64,000 nt of DNA from Eledone cirrhosa (GCA_964016885.1 OZ024743.1:101804001-101868000); one strand, 5' to 3'. Shown: positions 1 to 14,432, counted from the first letter of the stretch. Made by a program: numbers and translations. The notes: generated from the sequence alone by a model not told the origin.

Positions 1-269
1 AAACTGAGGTCAATGTTTACTCTATATCTTTGTCTCACTTTTGCTGTTTGTCTGTTTATCTCCATCTCAGGAAGACATCGACTATGTTCAGGTTTAAATA
101 CCCAAGACGGAGTAGAGTATTATGGCATCCCTACAAATTAACCAGGAGTTATAAAATCACGGTTCATAGCATATTATTGGTATATACCGATCAGAAATGG
201 ACTCACAGCGTCTTTATACATAAAATACCTTATGGTGCAATACATTTCTGTAACTGTATCTATCCATAT

Positions 270-1252
270 CTTATCTCTTTCTCTTAATTTCGAGTATATT
301 TTTTTGACCGGCCACCTTCCTGGTGGCAAGGTTGTAAAAGAAAAGAAATTGTCATCCCTTGAATCGCAAGAATGTTTTGCAAATTTTGAAGGTGCCAGCT
401 TTCGCAGACATTTGTAGACTATGAATTAGGGAGCTGCGCTCTTTGTCCGCAAATCCAAGTTCAGTCATACCTTGGTCCAAGCGGGTTGGTATATAACCCG
501 TAGCTCCAATAATGATGGGTATGAAGCTAAAGGTGTATCTTGGATACTGGATTTGTAAACTCCTCATCAATGGTCCGTAGATGTCCTCCTTCTCCTGTAT
601 TTTTCTGACAACGTTTACATCAAGTGGGCAGCTGATCTCCACAACAGAACACGTTTTCAATGTGTGGTCCCAAACAACAATATCAGGCCGGTTGTGCTTT
701 AATTTGGTGGCAGTTTTTATTTTCAGGTTCCACCAGTATTCCTTAGAGCCATCTGTCTCAATATATTTTTCCTCGTTTGTTGTTAATTTTGTTTTCCGAA
801 GTGCTTTCCAGATGCTTCTAGCTATTCCATTGTGTCTCATGGGGAGGTAGTAGCGAGATGACATTGTTTCGCAGCTGGCAACAATGTGGCTTACATCCTC
901 GATCTTTGTTTTACATAGCCTACATTTATTGTCAGCTGATGGCCTTCCCCCTTTTGTGCAGCAGATATTTAGTAGGGAGTTCTTGTTCCTGTATTACATA
1001 GAGATATCCCTCAAGGTATGATGTCATAAACTTGTCAGAACTCCATGCCAGGCTTTTTGAGTGGTTTATCCCCTCTATGGTCTGTTTTACGTCTCAAGTA
1101 TCCATCTACAACTTTTTCTGTAAATTGGTCGATTTTTTCATCTTGTTTGAACATTAAATAGGATCTTCCGATTTTTCTGGGTGAGAGATTTATATCAGGC
1201 TTTATTCCATATCTCTCCTCCAGATCAGTGGCTATTCTAATGATATATTTTT
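270..1252 (-). mobile_element. 5'-truncated R4/Dong-type non-LTR retrotransposon (family A), frameshifted 3' part
   Basis: ORF 352..864 has a restriction-like endonuclease motif (HNRPDIVVWD...VVEISCP...KEDIY) preceded by a CCHC knuckle. It is near-identical to the copy at 2250..3394, and its 5' end abuts (TATG)n. Confidence 0.85.
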
Positions 1253-1325
1253 GTATGTATGTATGTATGTATGTATGTATGTATGTATGTATGTATGTAT
1301 GTATGTATGTATGTATGTATGTATG

Positions 1326-2185
1326 TTCTTCTGGTTTTATAATTTCCCAAATTTTTGCCAATAGAGAGAGAGTCGGTTTCTAACATAGACACAATACTCT
1401 CATTGGAATTTACACATCAACTAGGTAGATATGTATGCATGCATGTGTAGATATGGATGTTATTGTATGTGTGGATGTGGATGTTTTTAGTTGTATGTGT
1501 GCATGTGTATACGCAGTTATTAGATGCAAAATGTTTGGAATGTTTTACATAGTTTTACTGTTCTATTAATGGATTGTACTTGTAAGTTCCTAACTAGTTG
1601 TGTTCTTTCTGTTCCTGTGAAGCCCAGCTTCTCAAGATATGTACTGAGGCAGTTACTAACATATCCCAGTGCCCCAATAATCACAGGCATAAATCTGAGG
1701 TATAATCAGGGTGGAGTATCTGCAGATTTCTCATCAGTACTGCATAAATATTCTCCTTTTCACTAATCTTTTATATTATATTGGCATCTGCTGGACAGCT
1801 AACTTCCACTACTCTGCATGCCTTCTTTTCCCTGTCCCATATCATAATATCTGGTTTGTTATGCCTGCATTTTATTGGGGTTTTTACTGGAACATTCTAC
1901 TAGTACTCTTTCATATTGTGTATATGTATGTCTTCCACATTGCTGTAGCTTTTAATGTGTTTATTATCGAGGCTATCTTTTCTAAGGATTGAATTGTACA
2001 GTGTTTTGGCCACTACATCATGCCTCATAGGTAATAGTATCGCGATGACATCTTTGGAAAGCTGCTTATGACATGGGTGACATCTTCGAAATTAATTCTG
2101 CAGAATCTGCACTTGTTATCACATCTAGGTGTTTTGCCTGCATCCCTATCTCTTTTGTGAATCAGGTTTTTCGTGTTGATTTCCT
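1326..2185 (-). mobile_element. 5'-truncated R4/Dong-type element, second diverged family (B)
   Basis: Minus-strand translation gives QEINTKNL...DNKCRFCRINFEDVTHVISS...MSSRYY and downstream FMPVIIGALGYV...VKLCKTFQTF, paralleling the family A C-terminus. It is flanked on both sides by (TATG)n. Confidence 0.8.
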
Positions 2186-2249
2186 GTATGTATGTATGTA
2201 TGTATGTATGTATGTATGTATGTATGTATGTATGTATGTATGTATGTAT

Positions 2250-3394
2250 GTTTTCTCTTTCTCTTAATTTCGAGTATATTTTTTTGACCGGCCACCTTCC
2301 TGGTGGCAAGGTTGTAAAAGAAAAGAAATTGTCATCCCTTGAATCGCAAGAATGTTTTGCAAATTTTGAAGGTGCCAGCTATCGCAGCCATTTGTAGACT
2401 ATGAATTAGGGAGCTGCGCTTTTTGTCAGCAAATCCAAGTTCAGTCATACTTTGGTCCAAGCGGGTTGGTATATAACCCGTAGCACCAATAATGATGGGT
2501 ATGAAGCTAAAGGTGTATCTTGGATACTGGATTTGTAAACTCCTCATCAATGGTCCGTAGATGTCCTCCTTCTCCTGTATTTTTCTGACAACGTTTACAT
2601 CAAGTGGGCAGCTGATCTCCACAACAGAACACGTTTTCAATGTATGGTCCCAAACTACAATATCAGGCCGGTTGTGCTTTAATTTGGTGGCAGTTTTTAT
2701 TTTCAGGTTCCACCAGTATTCCTTAGTGCCATCTGTCTCAATATATTCTTCCTCGTTTGTTGTTAATTTTGTTTTCCGAAGTGCTTTCCAGATGGTTCTA
2801 GCTATCCCATCGTGTCTCATGGGGAGGTAGTAGCGAGATGACATTCTTTCGCAGCTGGCAACAATGTGGCTTACATCCTCGATCTTTGTTTTACATAGCC
2901 TACATTTATTGTCAGCTGCTGGCCCTCCTCTTTTGTGCAGCAGATATTTGGTAGGGAGTTCTTGTTCCTGTATTGCATAGAGATATCCCTCAAGGTGTGA
3001 TGTCATAAACTTGTCTGAACTCCATGCCAGGCTTTTTGAGTGGTTTATCCCCTCTATGGTCTGTATTTTACGCCTCAAGTATCCATGCACAACTTTTTCT
3101 GTAAATTGGTCGATTTTTTTATCTTGTTTGAACATTGAATAGGATCTTCTGATTTCTCTGGGTGAGAGATTTATATCAGGCTTTATTCCATATCTCTCCT
3201 CCAGATCAGTCGCTATTCTAATGATATTTCTTTTTTCATGGTCATAAACCTGGGCAAGATGGTTGCCAACCTTTTTCCTCTGTTGAAGGTGTTGCTTCAG
3301 TGTTACTATCCGGGTCTCATATGTTGTTAATATTGATTTTAGACCCCGGCCACCTTCCTTGCGTGAGAAGTATAGCCTATCCACATCACCATTG
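2250..3394 (-). mobile_element. 5'-truncated R4/Dong-type non-LTR retrotransposon (family A) with open 350-aa C-terminal ORF (2332..3384)
   Basis: RLYFSRKEGGRGL post-RT motif, AIQEQ, CRLC...HIVASC zinc knuckle and PD..E.K restriction-like endonuclease. (TATG)n lies at both junctions. Confidence 0.9.
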
Positions 3395-3409
3395 ATGTAT
3401 GTATGTATG

Positions 3410-3443
<34 letters not shown>

Positions 3444-3516
3444 TGTATGTATGTATGTATGTATGTATGTATGTATGTATGTATGTATGTATGTATGTAT
3501 GTATGTATGTATGTAT

Positions 3517-4039
3517 GTGTCAGGTCGCTCTCGAGTGCTACTGGAAACATGTAACGCAGTACAATCTGTCTCATGGTCGGGTCGTCGGTGACTAAACCGG
3601 CAACCCTACCAAGCTACCTTGGCGAGGAGGGTGATATTTGGACACCCTCTGTGATGAAATACAAGACCCGGCAAAGGGCGGAGAAACTCATCAGAGTCAA
3701 CGGCATCCAAATAGTATTTTTTTTTACCTGGGAGTGAAAGGTTCCCAGTTGTTGTCACAACACCTTTCTAGGAGGGGGAATCCCTGAAAAAAAATACCTG
3801 TGGCTTCGGAGGCGACCGATGATGTTGACCAGTTCCCCTTTTTGGGTGGTGTTTTCGATGCTCACAGAATGGGATTGGTCGAGTGCAAGGCCTTTCCTCA
3901 CTTATAAAACCTTCAAAGCGCAGGCATTGCTTGTTTAGGATATGTTACAGGTTCGTGTGGCTGGCCGTAGCCTAAAATGGCACCAAACTCTATAATCTGA
4001 CAAGCGATTGCAATACTCTAAGCAGAGCTTTCAGCAATC
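3517..4039 (+). mobile_element. Non-autonomous RTE-derived element (5'UTR-like part plus short 3' tail)
   Basis: Colinear homology with 14517..14930. It ends in ...GCAATCAT(GTAT)n, like the RTE 3' end at about 5100 (GCAGCCATCAT(GTAT)n). No ORF. Confidence 0.55.
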
Positions 4040-4151
4040 ATGTATGTATGTATGTATGTATGTATGTATGTATGTATGTATGTATGTATGTATGTATTTA
4101 TGTATGTATGTATGTATGTATGTATGTATGTATGTATGTATGTATGTATGT

Positions 4152-4721
4152 AGAGTTGGTTAAAGGAAAACGACCGCCACATAAACCAAAAAAGAGGTAT
4201 AAGGATTCCTTGAAAGCCTCTCTGAAAGACGCTAACATCTCTGCTGATACATGGGAAAATATTGCTGCTGATCGTAATAAATGGAGAAAGACTCTATATG
4301 AGGGAAAAGTTGCCTTTGAGGCATCTCGAATCGCACACGAGAAAGTAAAGCGGGATGTGAGGAAGGGCATTGCTGTTGCACTTCCAGACGGCGAGGGTCC
4401 TCCTATGGTGCTGACATGCAGCGTCTGTGCGAGACTCTGCCTAAGCAAAGCTGGACTCGAAAGTCATCTTCGCAGTCATAAAGTAAGACCAGTGGTTGAC
4501 TACCAGGCTGCTGTTGGAGATGCTACTCATCATGCTTGCCAAACATGTGGTAGAGAATGTAAATCAGCAGTAGGGCTCAATCGACATGCAAAAGTACACG
4601 AACCCCAACCACAGCCGACTATTCCCAGTGAATGTTTTGGTTGCCGACTCTGTGCAAGACATTTTAGATCATTGGCTGGGCTAAAAAGCCACATTCGATC
4701 GCAGCATTGTTAGTTGCTATC

Positions 4722-4755
<34 letters not shown>

Positions 4756-4834
4756 GCTTATGTGCGTGCGTGTGTGTGTGTATATATATGAATATGTATA
4801 TTATTATTGTTGTTGTCGTTATTATTATTATTGC

Positions 4835-4880
<46 letters not shown>

Positions 4881-4991
4881 GTTATTAATGTATGTGTGTG
4901 TGTATATGTGTGTGTATGTGTATGTATGTGTGTATGTATATATGTATGTATGTATATATATATATATTTTTTTTTATTTATTTTATTCATT

Positions 4992-5024
<33 letters not shown>

Positions 5025-5108
5025 TTATTTTATTTTATTTTATTTATTTATTTGTTTTTTTTTTCTTCTCGTGCAATGGCCATACTCGATAACGAGGGGG
5101 CAGCCATC
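4152..5108 (+). mobile_element. RTE-clade LINE 3' fragment with three C2H2 zinc fingers and a microsatellite-expanded 3'UTR
   Basis: ELVKGKRPPHKPKKRYKDSLK...WENIAADRNKWR is the RTE C-terminus. It is followed by CxxC...HxxxH three times and a stop near 4713. Confidence 0.85.
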
Positions 5109-5429
5109 ATGTATGTATGTATGTATGTATGTATGTATGTATGTATGTATGTATGTATGTATGTATGTATGTATGTATGTATGTATTGACTCGTAGCTTC
5201 TGGTGGAATCGAAGGGGCGCTTCTGTAACATAGGGCGTATCTAAGACACTTTAAACTTGGTAGTGCTCATCCTCAGAGGAGAGAAATTGTGTGTGTGTGT
5301 ATGCGTGTGTGTGAGTGAGTGAGTGAGTGAGTGAGCGAATGAGCGAGTGATAGATAGAGAGAGAAAGAGAGAGAGTGATAGATAGAGAGAGAAAGAGAGA
5401 GCGAGAGAGAGAGATAGAGAGAGAAGATG

Positions 5430-5575
5430 AATCGGCCCCTTTAGTAGACTGGTAATTTTTTACCTACCTTGAAACGATGGAAGTTGACCTCGACGGGATT
5501 TGAATGCAGGGAGTCGACATGAATGTCGCAAACATTCTAGCCAGCGTTTAAACGACTCTAGCTATCCGCCACCTT
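5430..5575 (-). mobile_element. tRNA-derived SINE (abundant family), degraded
   Basis: The reverse complement has the head ...TTCAAATCCCGTCGAGGTCAACTT, shared with many copies in the window. Confidence 0.6.
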
Positions 5576-6109
5576 CATATTATCATAATAGCTTCAAAAA
5601 TCAATACTAAGAAATCTACTTTTGTATTATGTCACGTCGATTCTTAATATATGGCATATTTAAAATAAACCATTATTCACACTTTTGATTTTAGAACATT
5701 GGAATTCTCTGTTGGAAAAATAATAATTAGCTTATTGAAATTTCCATGTTAGGTAATTAGTATAATGGGATGTTTCGTGATTCCAATAAATAAGCCACAA
5801 CATGAAAAGTTTGAACAATATGATTTTAATCTTTAAGTTGTGTGCTCAATGTGATTTCACTGATAATAATTTAATAAAGTAATAAAAGTTATATCGAAAT
5901 CAATTGATATTTAACGTAGGAAAAAAGACATGTTGATTATTTTTAACGTTTGAGCAAAATAACGGATTTTGAAGGAAGATTTAGATTTTTTTAATTTAGT
6001 AATTTATTTTATGAACGTAATTTGTAAATAAGAGCCATTGATTACCGTGCTCTAGAGGGTTGCACAATTGATCACTGTGTTTCTATATGACGGTGAGAGC
6101 GTGAGATGG

Positions 6110-6740
<631 letters not shown>

Positions 6741-7129
6741 TATATCTAAGTTTGATTAAATGTATTGCATGAAAAGTACGTTGATATCTAAAGAAGGGCG
6801 TTAAATATTAAATTAAATCTTCCAGTGTAGACATAGAAAGCAATACCTTATTGATATATGAATCTTAATGTCATGATAGCGCTAAATATATTAAGATATA
6901 ACGAGTCACTATTAATTCCATAGCCACATGTATATCATGTTGTTTCCAGTATATTTGATATTTAACTCCATACAGAATTTAATTGGTTTTATATGAAAAT
7001 ATCAAGCATTATCTTGACAACGTTCAATAATATACAGCGATGTGTGTATTAGAGCATTAAATTAAAATTTGGCTCCATCTTAAAAATCTATATCATATAT
7101 GTATATAGAGCTGTTTAATTCTCTCTTTC

Positions 7130-7218
<89 letters not shown>

Positions 7219-7251
7219 CTTTCTCTCTATCCATGCACATACACAAGCACG

Positions 7252-7342
<91 letters not shown>

Positions 7343-7392
7343 CAAATAGATACAAACATATATATATATATATTGCTTAAATACATAAATGA

Positions 7393-7440
<48 letters not shown>

Positions 7441-7542
7441 AAAAGAGAGAGAAAGAGAGAAAGTAAAACGTAAACAGAAATGACACATCAAAAGACATTG
7501 AAGAAGTATATCAGTTTAACGCTTGAAATAAAAGGAAAGGAG

Positions 7543-7578
7543 TCTTAACGTTTCGGAAACAAATCCTTCATCAGAAGA
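7543..7578 (-). ncRNA. Minimal type-I hammerhead ribozyme (family A)
   Basis: Minus strand: TCTT CTGATGA A GGA-TTTGTT-TCC GAAA CG T T AAGA. Stem I TCTT/AAGA, palindromic ACGT stem III. Confidence 0.8.
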
Positions 7579-8010
7579 TAGTGCTAGAAATAAAGAATAA
7601 AATAGAAAGGTAAAGAAAGGAATGTATATATATATATATAAATATATACACTCCTTTTATTTCTCCTTCAATCTGGTCAAATCTAGCTGCGTATAGACTA
7701 AGGTCTGGTACAGGTTCCACCGCATGGTTGAAAGGATATCCTTTTAGTAATTTACGACCACAGTTCTGAGGTAGGTACATGAGACCGGATTCACTAACTG
7801 ACACATAGATGACACCTTGCTTCGCAAATTGTAAGCACAACGGCTGTGAAAGACCCTTTACGAACTTATATGTCAGCCGAGCACACGAGTAGGGCGTGGT
7901 TTTTGCCTGCGGCATATCACAAAGTCGGATTTCATCTGAAGATACCGTTCTCATAACAACAAATGCATAACTTACATTTGGGATTACATAAGAGAATATA
8001 TTATATATAT

Positions 8011-8382
<372 letters not shown>

Positions 8383-8511
8383 GTAATAATAATAAATTTG
8401 AAGACTAAAATCCAAAGAGAGCTCGATAAGGATAAATATATATCAAATATATAAGAACCGTAGACTTATATATATACATACATACATACACACTCACATA
8501 TATATATGCAT

Positions 8512-8621
<110 letters not shown>

Positions 8622-8656
8622 ATGCATATATATATATATGTGAGTGTGTATGTATG

Positions 8657-8700
<44 letters not shown>

Positions 8701-8779
8701 TATGTGTGTGTGTATATATACATACATTTTTATGTGTATATTTATATAAGTGTATATGTGTATATCAATATATGTGTAT

Positions 8780-9448
8780 CTATCTATCTAAGGCGGGTAA
8801 AATTCCCGAGATCCATGGACGAGTTCTCTCCAGCGGTCTCTGTCCCTCATTATCGCTGCCATGTCCTGCATCTCCAACAGACCAGTGTCTGTCCTTAGGG
8901 CATCAACATACGTTAACCTTGGTCTTCCTCTTCTAGTGTGTCCATGTAGGGGCTCCCAAAGGAGCACTGAGTGCAATGTCAACTCTGGATGTCGGTGAGC
9001 ATGTCCAGCCAACCTCAGTCTCCTCTGTGTCACTTTTGAGCTGACTTTTGGGATCCTCCCATACAGCTCTGAGTTTTTCATCCTCAGTGTATACTGATTA
9101 ATGTTCAGAGCCATCCTCAGCATTCTCATATATAACAAAATATCTGGTAGAGAATGTTGAGAAGCCAGAGGGGATCACTAATGTAGGCGGGAAGCCGCTG
9201 GATTTGGTTGAGGACTTCCTGTATTTGGGAGCAAGGATTGGGAATACGGAAGATGATGTGGTTGAGAGGAAGAGCAAGGCCTGGGCGGCGTGCCACAGCT
9301 TGAGATCGGTGTGGAAGTCGGACCTTCGTAGAGACCTGAAAATCCGCCTCTTCATTGCTGTAGTGGAGTCTGTGCTGCTGTATGGGTCTGAGACTTGGAC
9401 ACTGACCAAGAAACTCACTCAGATGGTGGATGGGTGCTACACGAGAAT
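8780..9448 (-). mobile_element. RTE/RTEX-like LINE 3' fragment with inverted 5' segment
   Basis: Plus-strand 9204..9445 gives EDFLYLG...LLYGSETWTLT...DGCYTR, which continues as minus-strand MLRMALNI...RRLRLAGH...RGRPRLTYVD (8788..9130). Confidence 0.85.
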
Positions 9449-9624
9449 ATGTGTATATGTGTTTGTATATGATATATATATATGTATATGTGTATATATC
9501 TGTGTGTATATGTATATATGTGTATATATATATGTATATATATAAGTATATATGTATATATATATATGCGTGTGCGTGTGTGCGCGTTTGTGTGCGTGCG
9601 CGCGTGTCTTTGTGTGAATGTAGC

Positions 9625-9888
9625 GAAGATATTACGTCAGAATGACGTTATGCAGACAGCCAGGCGTACAGACAGATATTATGAGAGCGCGACGGAGGTG
9701 GATAACCGGCGCCTAAAACCCCTTGAACTACAGAAAATTGAAAAAGAAAAAAGCGGCAGTTAATATCTTTAGACCGCAAGGAATGTATAAATGCAAGTTT
9801 GAAGTCAATCGGAGTAGAAATGTGGATTTGTATAGACTTTGCAAAGATGAGGACACACAGACAACATCAGTTTTATATATATATAGAT
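9625..9888 (+). mobile_element. Helitron/Helentron-like non-autonomous element 3' part (also 15800..16077)
   Basis: The two copies are homologous and end ...CAGTTTTATATAT(AGAT). This end and the CAGACAGATATT motif are shared with 52457..53048. Confidence 0.55.
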
Positions 9889-10494
9889 GCTGGGTTTGTC
9901 AACTCCTGATTATTATTATCTCCATACTAGCGGACTAATGAGAGTAAGTTAAACAGTTTTCCCCTTTTTTTATTGTTTTCTTTTGATATGTGTTCTAATT
10001 CCTGCTATTAATTTTATCTCTCACTCTTTTAAGTTGTGAAATAGACTGGTTTTACGCACGCGGCTGCCGCAATCCAGCTCGCTACTATATATCGCTCTAT
10101 AATAGATACTGGCATCTAATGTCCGTTAAAGGTTCTTGGCACTACCATTGTTACTATCGCTTTCCTCTAGCCATGGGACTTGGAGACATAAGCCGAATGC
10201 TACCATTCTATTATACATCGTTGTGGGGACTGCTATTTCTAATAACCATCTTTTCACTTCTTATTAATTTGTGTATGAGACACGTTGGCTGAGTGCTTTG
10301 ACGGCAACGAAAATATTTGTTTTCTATTCTCCCGACACCACGTAAAGTTTGTAAATCGGTGGCTGGTCGAGGGACGGAATTGTATCGGATTCCAGTTGCT
10401 AATCACTTTACTGTGTCGGCCGTCACAAACAGTCATAGGCGGCATGGGCTGGGGTTTGGATTCTGTCGATCGATTGGTTATTGATGAGGCGATA

Positions 10495-10601
10495 CCCGCT
10501 GATGAAGCTACATACGCCGATTATGCATTGTTGAATAATATATACAGAGGGTACAGTGCACCCTACCGGTGCATAAAGTGTGGCCGAAACTCGAGTCCGA
10601 G
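10495..10601 (+). ncRNA. Type-I hammerhead ribozyme with long stem II (family B)
   Basis: CCCG CTGATGA [AGCTACA...TTATGCATTG...CGGTGCATAA...TGTGGCC] GAAA CTCGAG T C CGAG. Palindromic ACTCGAGT stem III; one mismatch in stem I. Confidence 0.7.
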
Positions 10602-10751
10602 AACTATTATAGGCACCCGTTTTACGTGTGCTGTATTGAAGGGAATAACTATGTGTATACTCTGGGAATGTATCCTACATTGCCTATTGAGTACGCTGAG
10701 ATACAACCGGTCCTGGCATTGATAAATATGCTGGGTTCGTTAACTCCTGAT

Positions 10752-10784
<33 letters not shown>

Positions 10785-11157
10785 CTTCCCATATATATAT
10801 AATATATAATCTATTAAATAAAGGGTATAGCTAGAATTGAGACATATATTCTTTTTACGCTCGTTCCACCGGTGGCGGAGAACATCAATTGACAGCGATA
10901 TATAAATTTATTTCAAAACCTAAAGTAACCGTGAAAGTAATATATTCTAGCCAGAGGATAATCAGAAATAAAAAGGAAAATGTAAAAAGATCCACAAACA
11001 AGACGAAAGCGAAAGAATCGTCCATGGAGGAGACATTACAATATGACAGTTACATCTTCAAAACTACAGAGAAATGTAGATCAGAAAATCAATGTAACGT
11101 TACATTGATTTTCTGATAGTATGTACATCTCCTTTTCGTTACACACACACACACACA

Positions 11158-11243
<86 letters not shown>

Positions 11244-11245
<2 letters not shown>

Positions 11246-11655
11246 CGATTGTGTCAGAAAAGAAACAGCACTAGAATCGCAAAAGAAAAAAGCCTCCTCG
11301 AGTCTAAGAAACTTTCCCATCCTTCTCTCCCACGCCTCCATGCACTGCTGGAAGTATTATCCCGAGATTCTACGAAGCTCCATTGTCACGGATTTCTTGA
11401 TGGATTCCACGTCCGGAAAATGCGTCCCCTTGATGATCCTCTTGAGTTTGGGAAATGGAAAAAAGTCTACTACGGTTTCAAGACGACCGAGGATGTCCTG
11501 ACACAACTGCATACCCCACTCCTTGTCAACGTTCAGTATCTTCGGCACCATCTTGGGGCAGATCTTCCGCATGCAGTCATAATATTCCAAACGCTGTCGC
11601 GGTTCATGCCCAGCTCATTCTTCTTCTCATTAGTCTATTTTTCACTCCGACCCTA
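11244..11655 (-). mobile_element. Internally deleted mariner-type DNA transposon remnant
   Basis: RKICPKMVPKIL (WVPxxL-like) is fused to DFFPFPKLKRIIKGTHF...MEAWERRMGK (C-terminal block). The catalytic middle is missing. Confidence 0.75.
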
Positions 11656-11847
11656 GTACATAAATGAACCTGTTATTTTTATCTAAAAACAATTTATTCA
11701 ATTCCACCCCCGCCCGTTCCTTCAATTTATCTTATTTCTCATTCTTTCTTCTGAAACGTTAAGACCCTCTTTCTGCTATTTCAAGCGTTAACCTAATATA
11801 TTCCTTCCATATACTGTACCGTTGTTATTTCTGTATACATTTTACAT

Positions 11848-12480
<633 letters not shown>

Positions 12481-12803
12481 TTCAGTATTTACTTTTACTA
12501 TTTTAATAACCTCTGTCATTTTCTTTTTCAATTTTATTTACATCATTCTTAAACTCTGGGGCTGAAAATCCTTCGATTATTTTAAATAGAATATTAGTCT
12601 AACGCCTCCATTTATACCATAAACTTGGTCTTGTCTTTTCATGAAATTGCTCTTCTCAGTCCACATAACGAAATATTATCCTTGCTTTTTTTCCGTTCAT
12701 TGCCAGGGAACGTCTTCACGAACCAAAATATCGTCTTCCTGTTTTCCCTCGGCTGCAACGTTTCTCGAAATATTTACTTCTGCGTTCACAAATTAATTTT
12801 TTT

Positions 12804-12854
12804 AGTTTCAGAAGATCCCGTTAATGTTGAAAGCAGCGATTCTTTGCTTAAACT
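12804..12854 (+). ncRNA. Degenerate hammerhead (family C), stem II disrupted
   Basis: Homologue of 19733..19783 within a ~200-bp repeat (12680..12880 and 19605..19803). Confidence 0.5.
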
Positions 12855-12894
12855 TTAATCTTTTCTTTTAACAAATATATATATATATATATAT

Positions 12895-13029
<135 letters not shown>

Positions 13030-13294
13030 CTTTCTACGGCTTTTGGAGGAAGGAGTGACCAGCAGTACGCTGTTCGGTATTATTACGAAAAGGTGTAGCA
13101 GAGAATCCCGCGTGAACTAACAGCTCGGGAGGAAACTGCTTATCCCGAACATTCATTCGCGATTGTTCTTGTCAGCGCTCCGTTTTTTGGTATTTGTTGG
13201 TCTACAGTTAGATGAATGGCGCAGAAAGGGTTAATGTTTATTGGCAAGAAGATTTTTGAATAATAAAAGACGGGTTAAAGCAACCTACAATGTA

Positions 13295-13335
<41 letters not shown>

Positions 13336-13338
<3 letters not shown>

Positions 13339-14393
13339 AATAATGGAGCTGCGGCGTTGCAAATGGGATACATATGAAAAAGTGAGTCCTTCATCAGTGA
13401 CCCTCCAACCGTCCCAGGCATTTCATCGCTTTAAGGGCCATATACCTCAGGTTGGTGCGAACAACGGCTAAAAAAAGTCGTTGGGACACGTAAATAAAGA
13501 GAACGTTAGGGTGAACAAACAAAATGGTTTAAGCAACAGAAAGTGAGAAGAAAGAGACAAGTCCCAGATTTCTATGAATATAAACTCGATAAAATCGTGA
13601 ACTAGAGAATAAAGACCATCAAACCTGGTTGAAATGTGAGCAAGGAAGGAATTTCGCACAGGTCTAACGGGGGGAAGAAGAAGGGGTCTGGTCTGCGAAT
13701 TCGGTAAACATAAGTTCTGTGAAGACGCAGACGAGAGAGAGAGAGAAAAAAATTTCATACCGGCTTGGCCAAGAGTGCGCGAGAAAAGAAATCGGACAGG
13801 TCAAGCGGGAAGAAAGAGGAGAGGAGGAGAGGCAGTGACAGGGTATGAGTGAGTGAAGGTTGAGGAAGAGGCTAACAGAGAGAGAGACTGCTAGAAAGGG
13901 TAAAGATACAAGGAAAGAAACAGACGGGTGGCAGCAGAGGAAAAAATATATGTGTAAATATGATAATAATGGAGCTGCGGCGTTGCAAATGGGATACATA
14001 TGAAAAAGTGAGTCCTTCATCAGTGACCCTCCAACCGTCCCAGGCATTTCATCGCTTTAAGGGCCATATACCTCAGGTTGGTGCGAACAACGGCTAAAAA
14101 AAGTCGTTGGGACACGTAAATAAAGAGAACGTTAGGGTGAACAAACAAAATGGTTTAAGCAACAGAAAGTGAGAAGAAAGAGACAAGTCCCAGATTTCTA
14201 TGAATATAAACTCGATAAAATCGTGCTCACTTTCTGTTGCTTAAACCATTTTGTTTGTTCACCCTAACGTTCTCTTTATTTACGTGTCCCAACGACTTTT
14301 TTTAGCCGTTGTTCGCACCAACCTGAGGTATATGGCCCTTAAAGCGATGAAATGCCTGGGACGGTTGGAGGGTCACTGATGAAGGACTCACTT

Positions 14394-14400
<7 letters not shown>
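13336..14400. repeat. Tandem (627-bp period) plus fold-back non-coding element in (TA)n
   Basis: The start of the unit at 13336 is repeated directly at 13963..14225, then inverted at 14226..14400. Confidence 0.85.

Positions 14401-14432
<32 letters not shown>

Noticed and set aside
3517-3610. HDV-like ribozyme at the RTE-like 5' end
   Set aside because: P1/P1.1/P2 pseudoknot pairings could not be assigned consistently in both copies.
14376-14400. CTGATGAAGG hammerhead-like core
   Set aside because: No following stem II/GAAA/UH in this copy or in the longer copies at 13370 and 14000.
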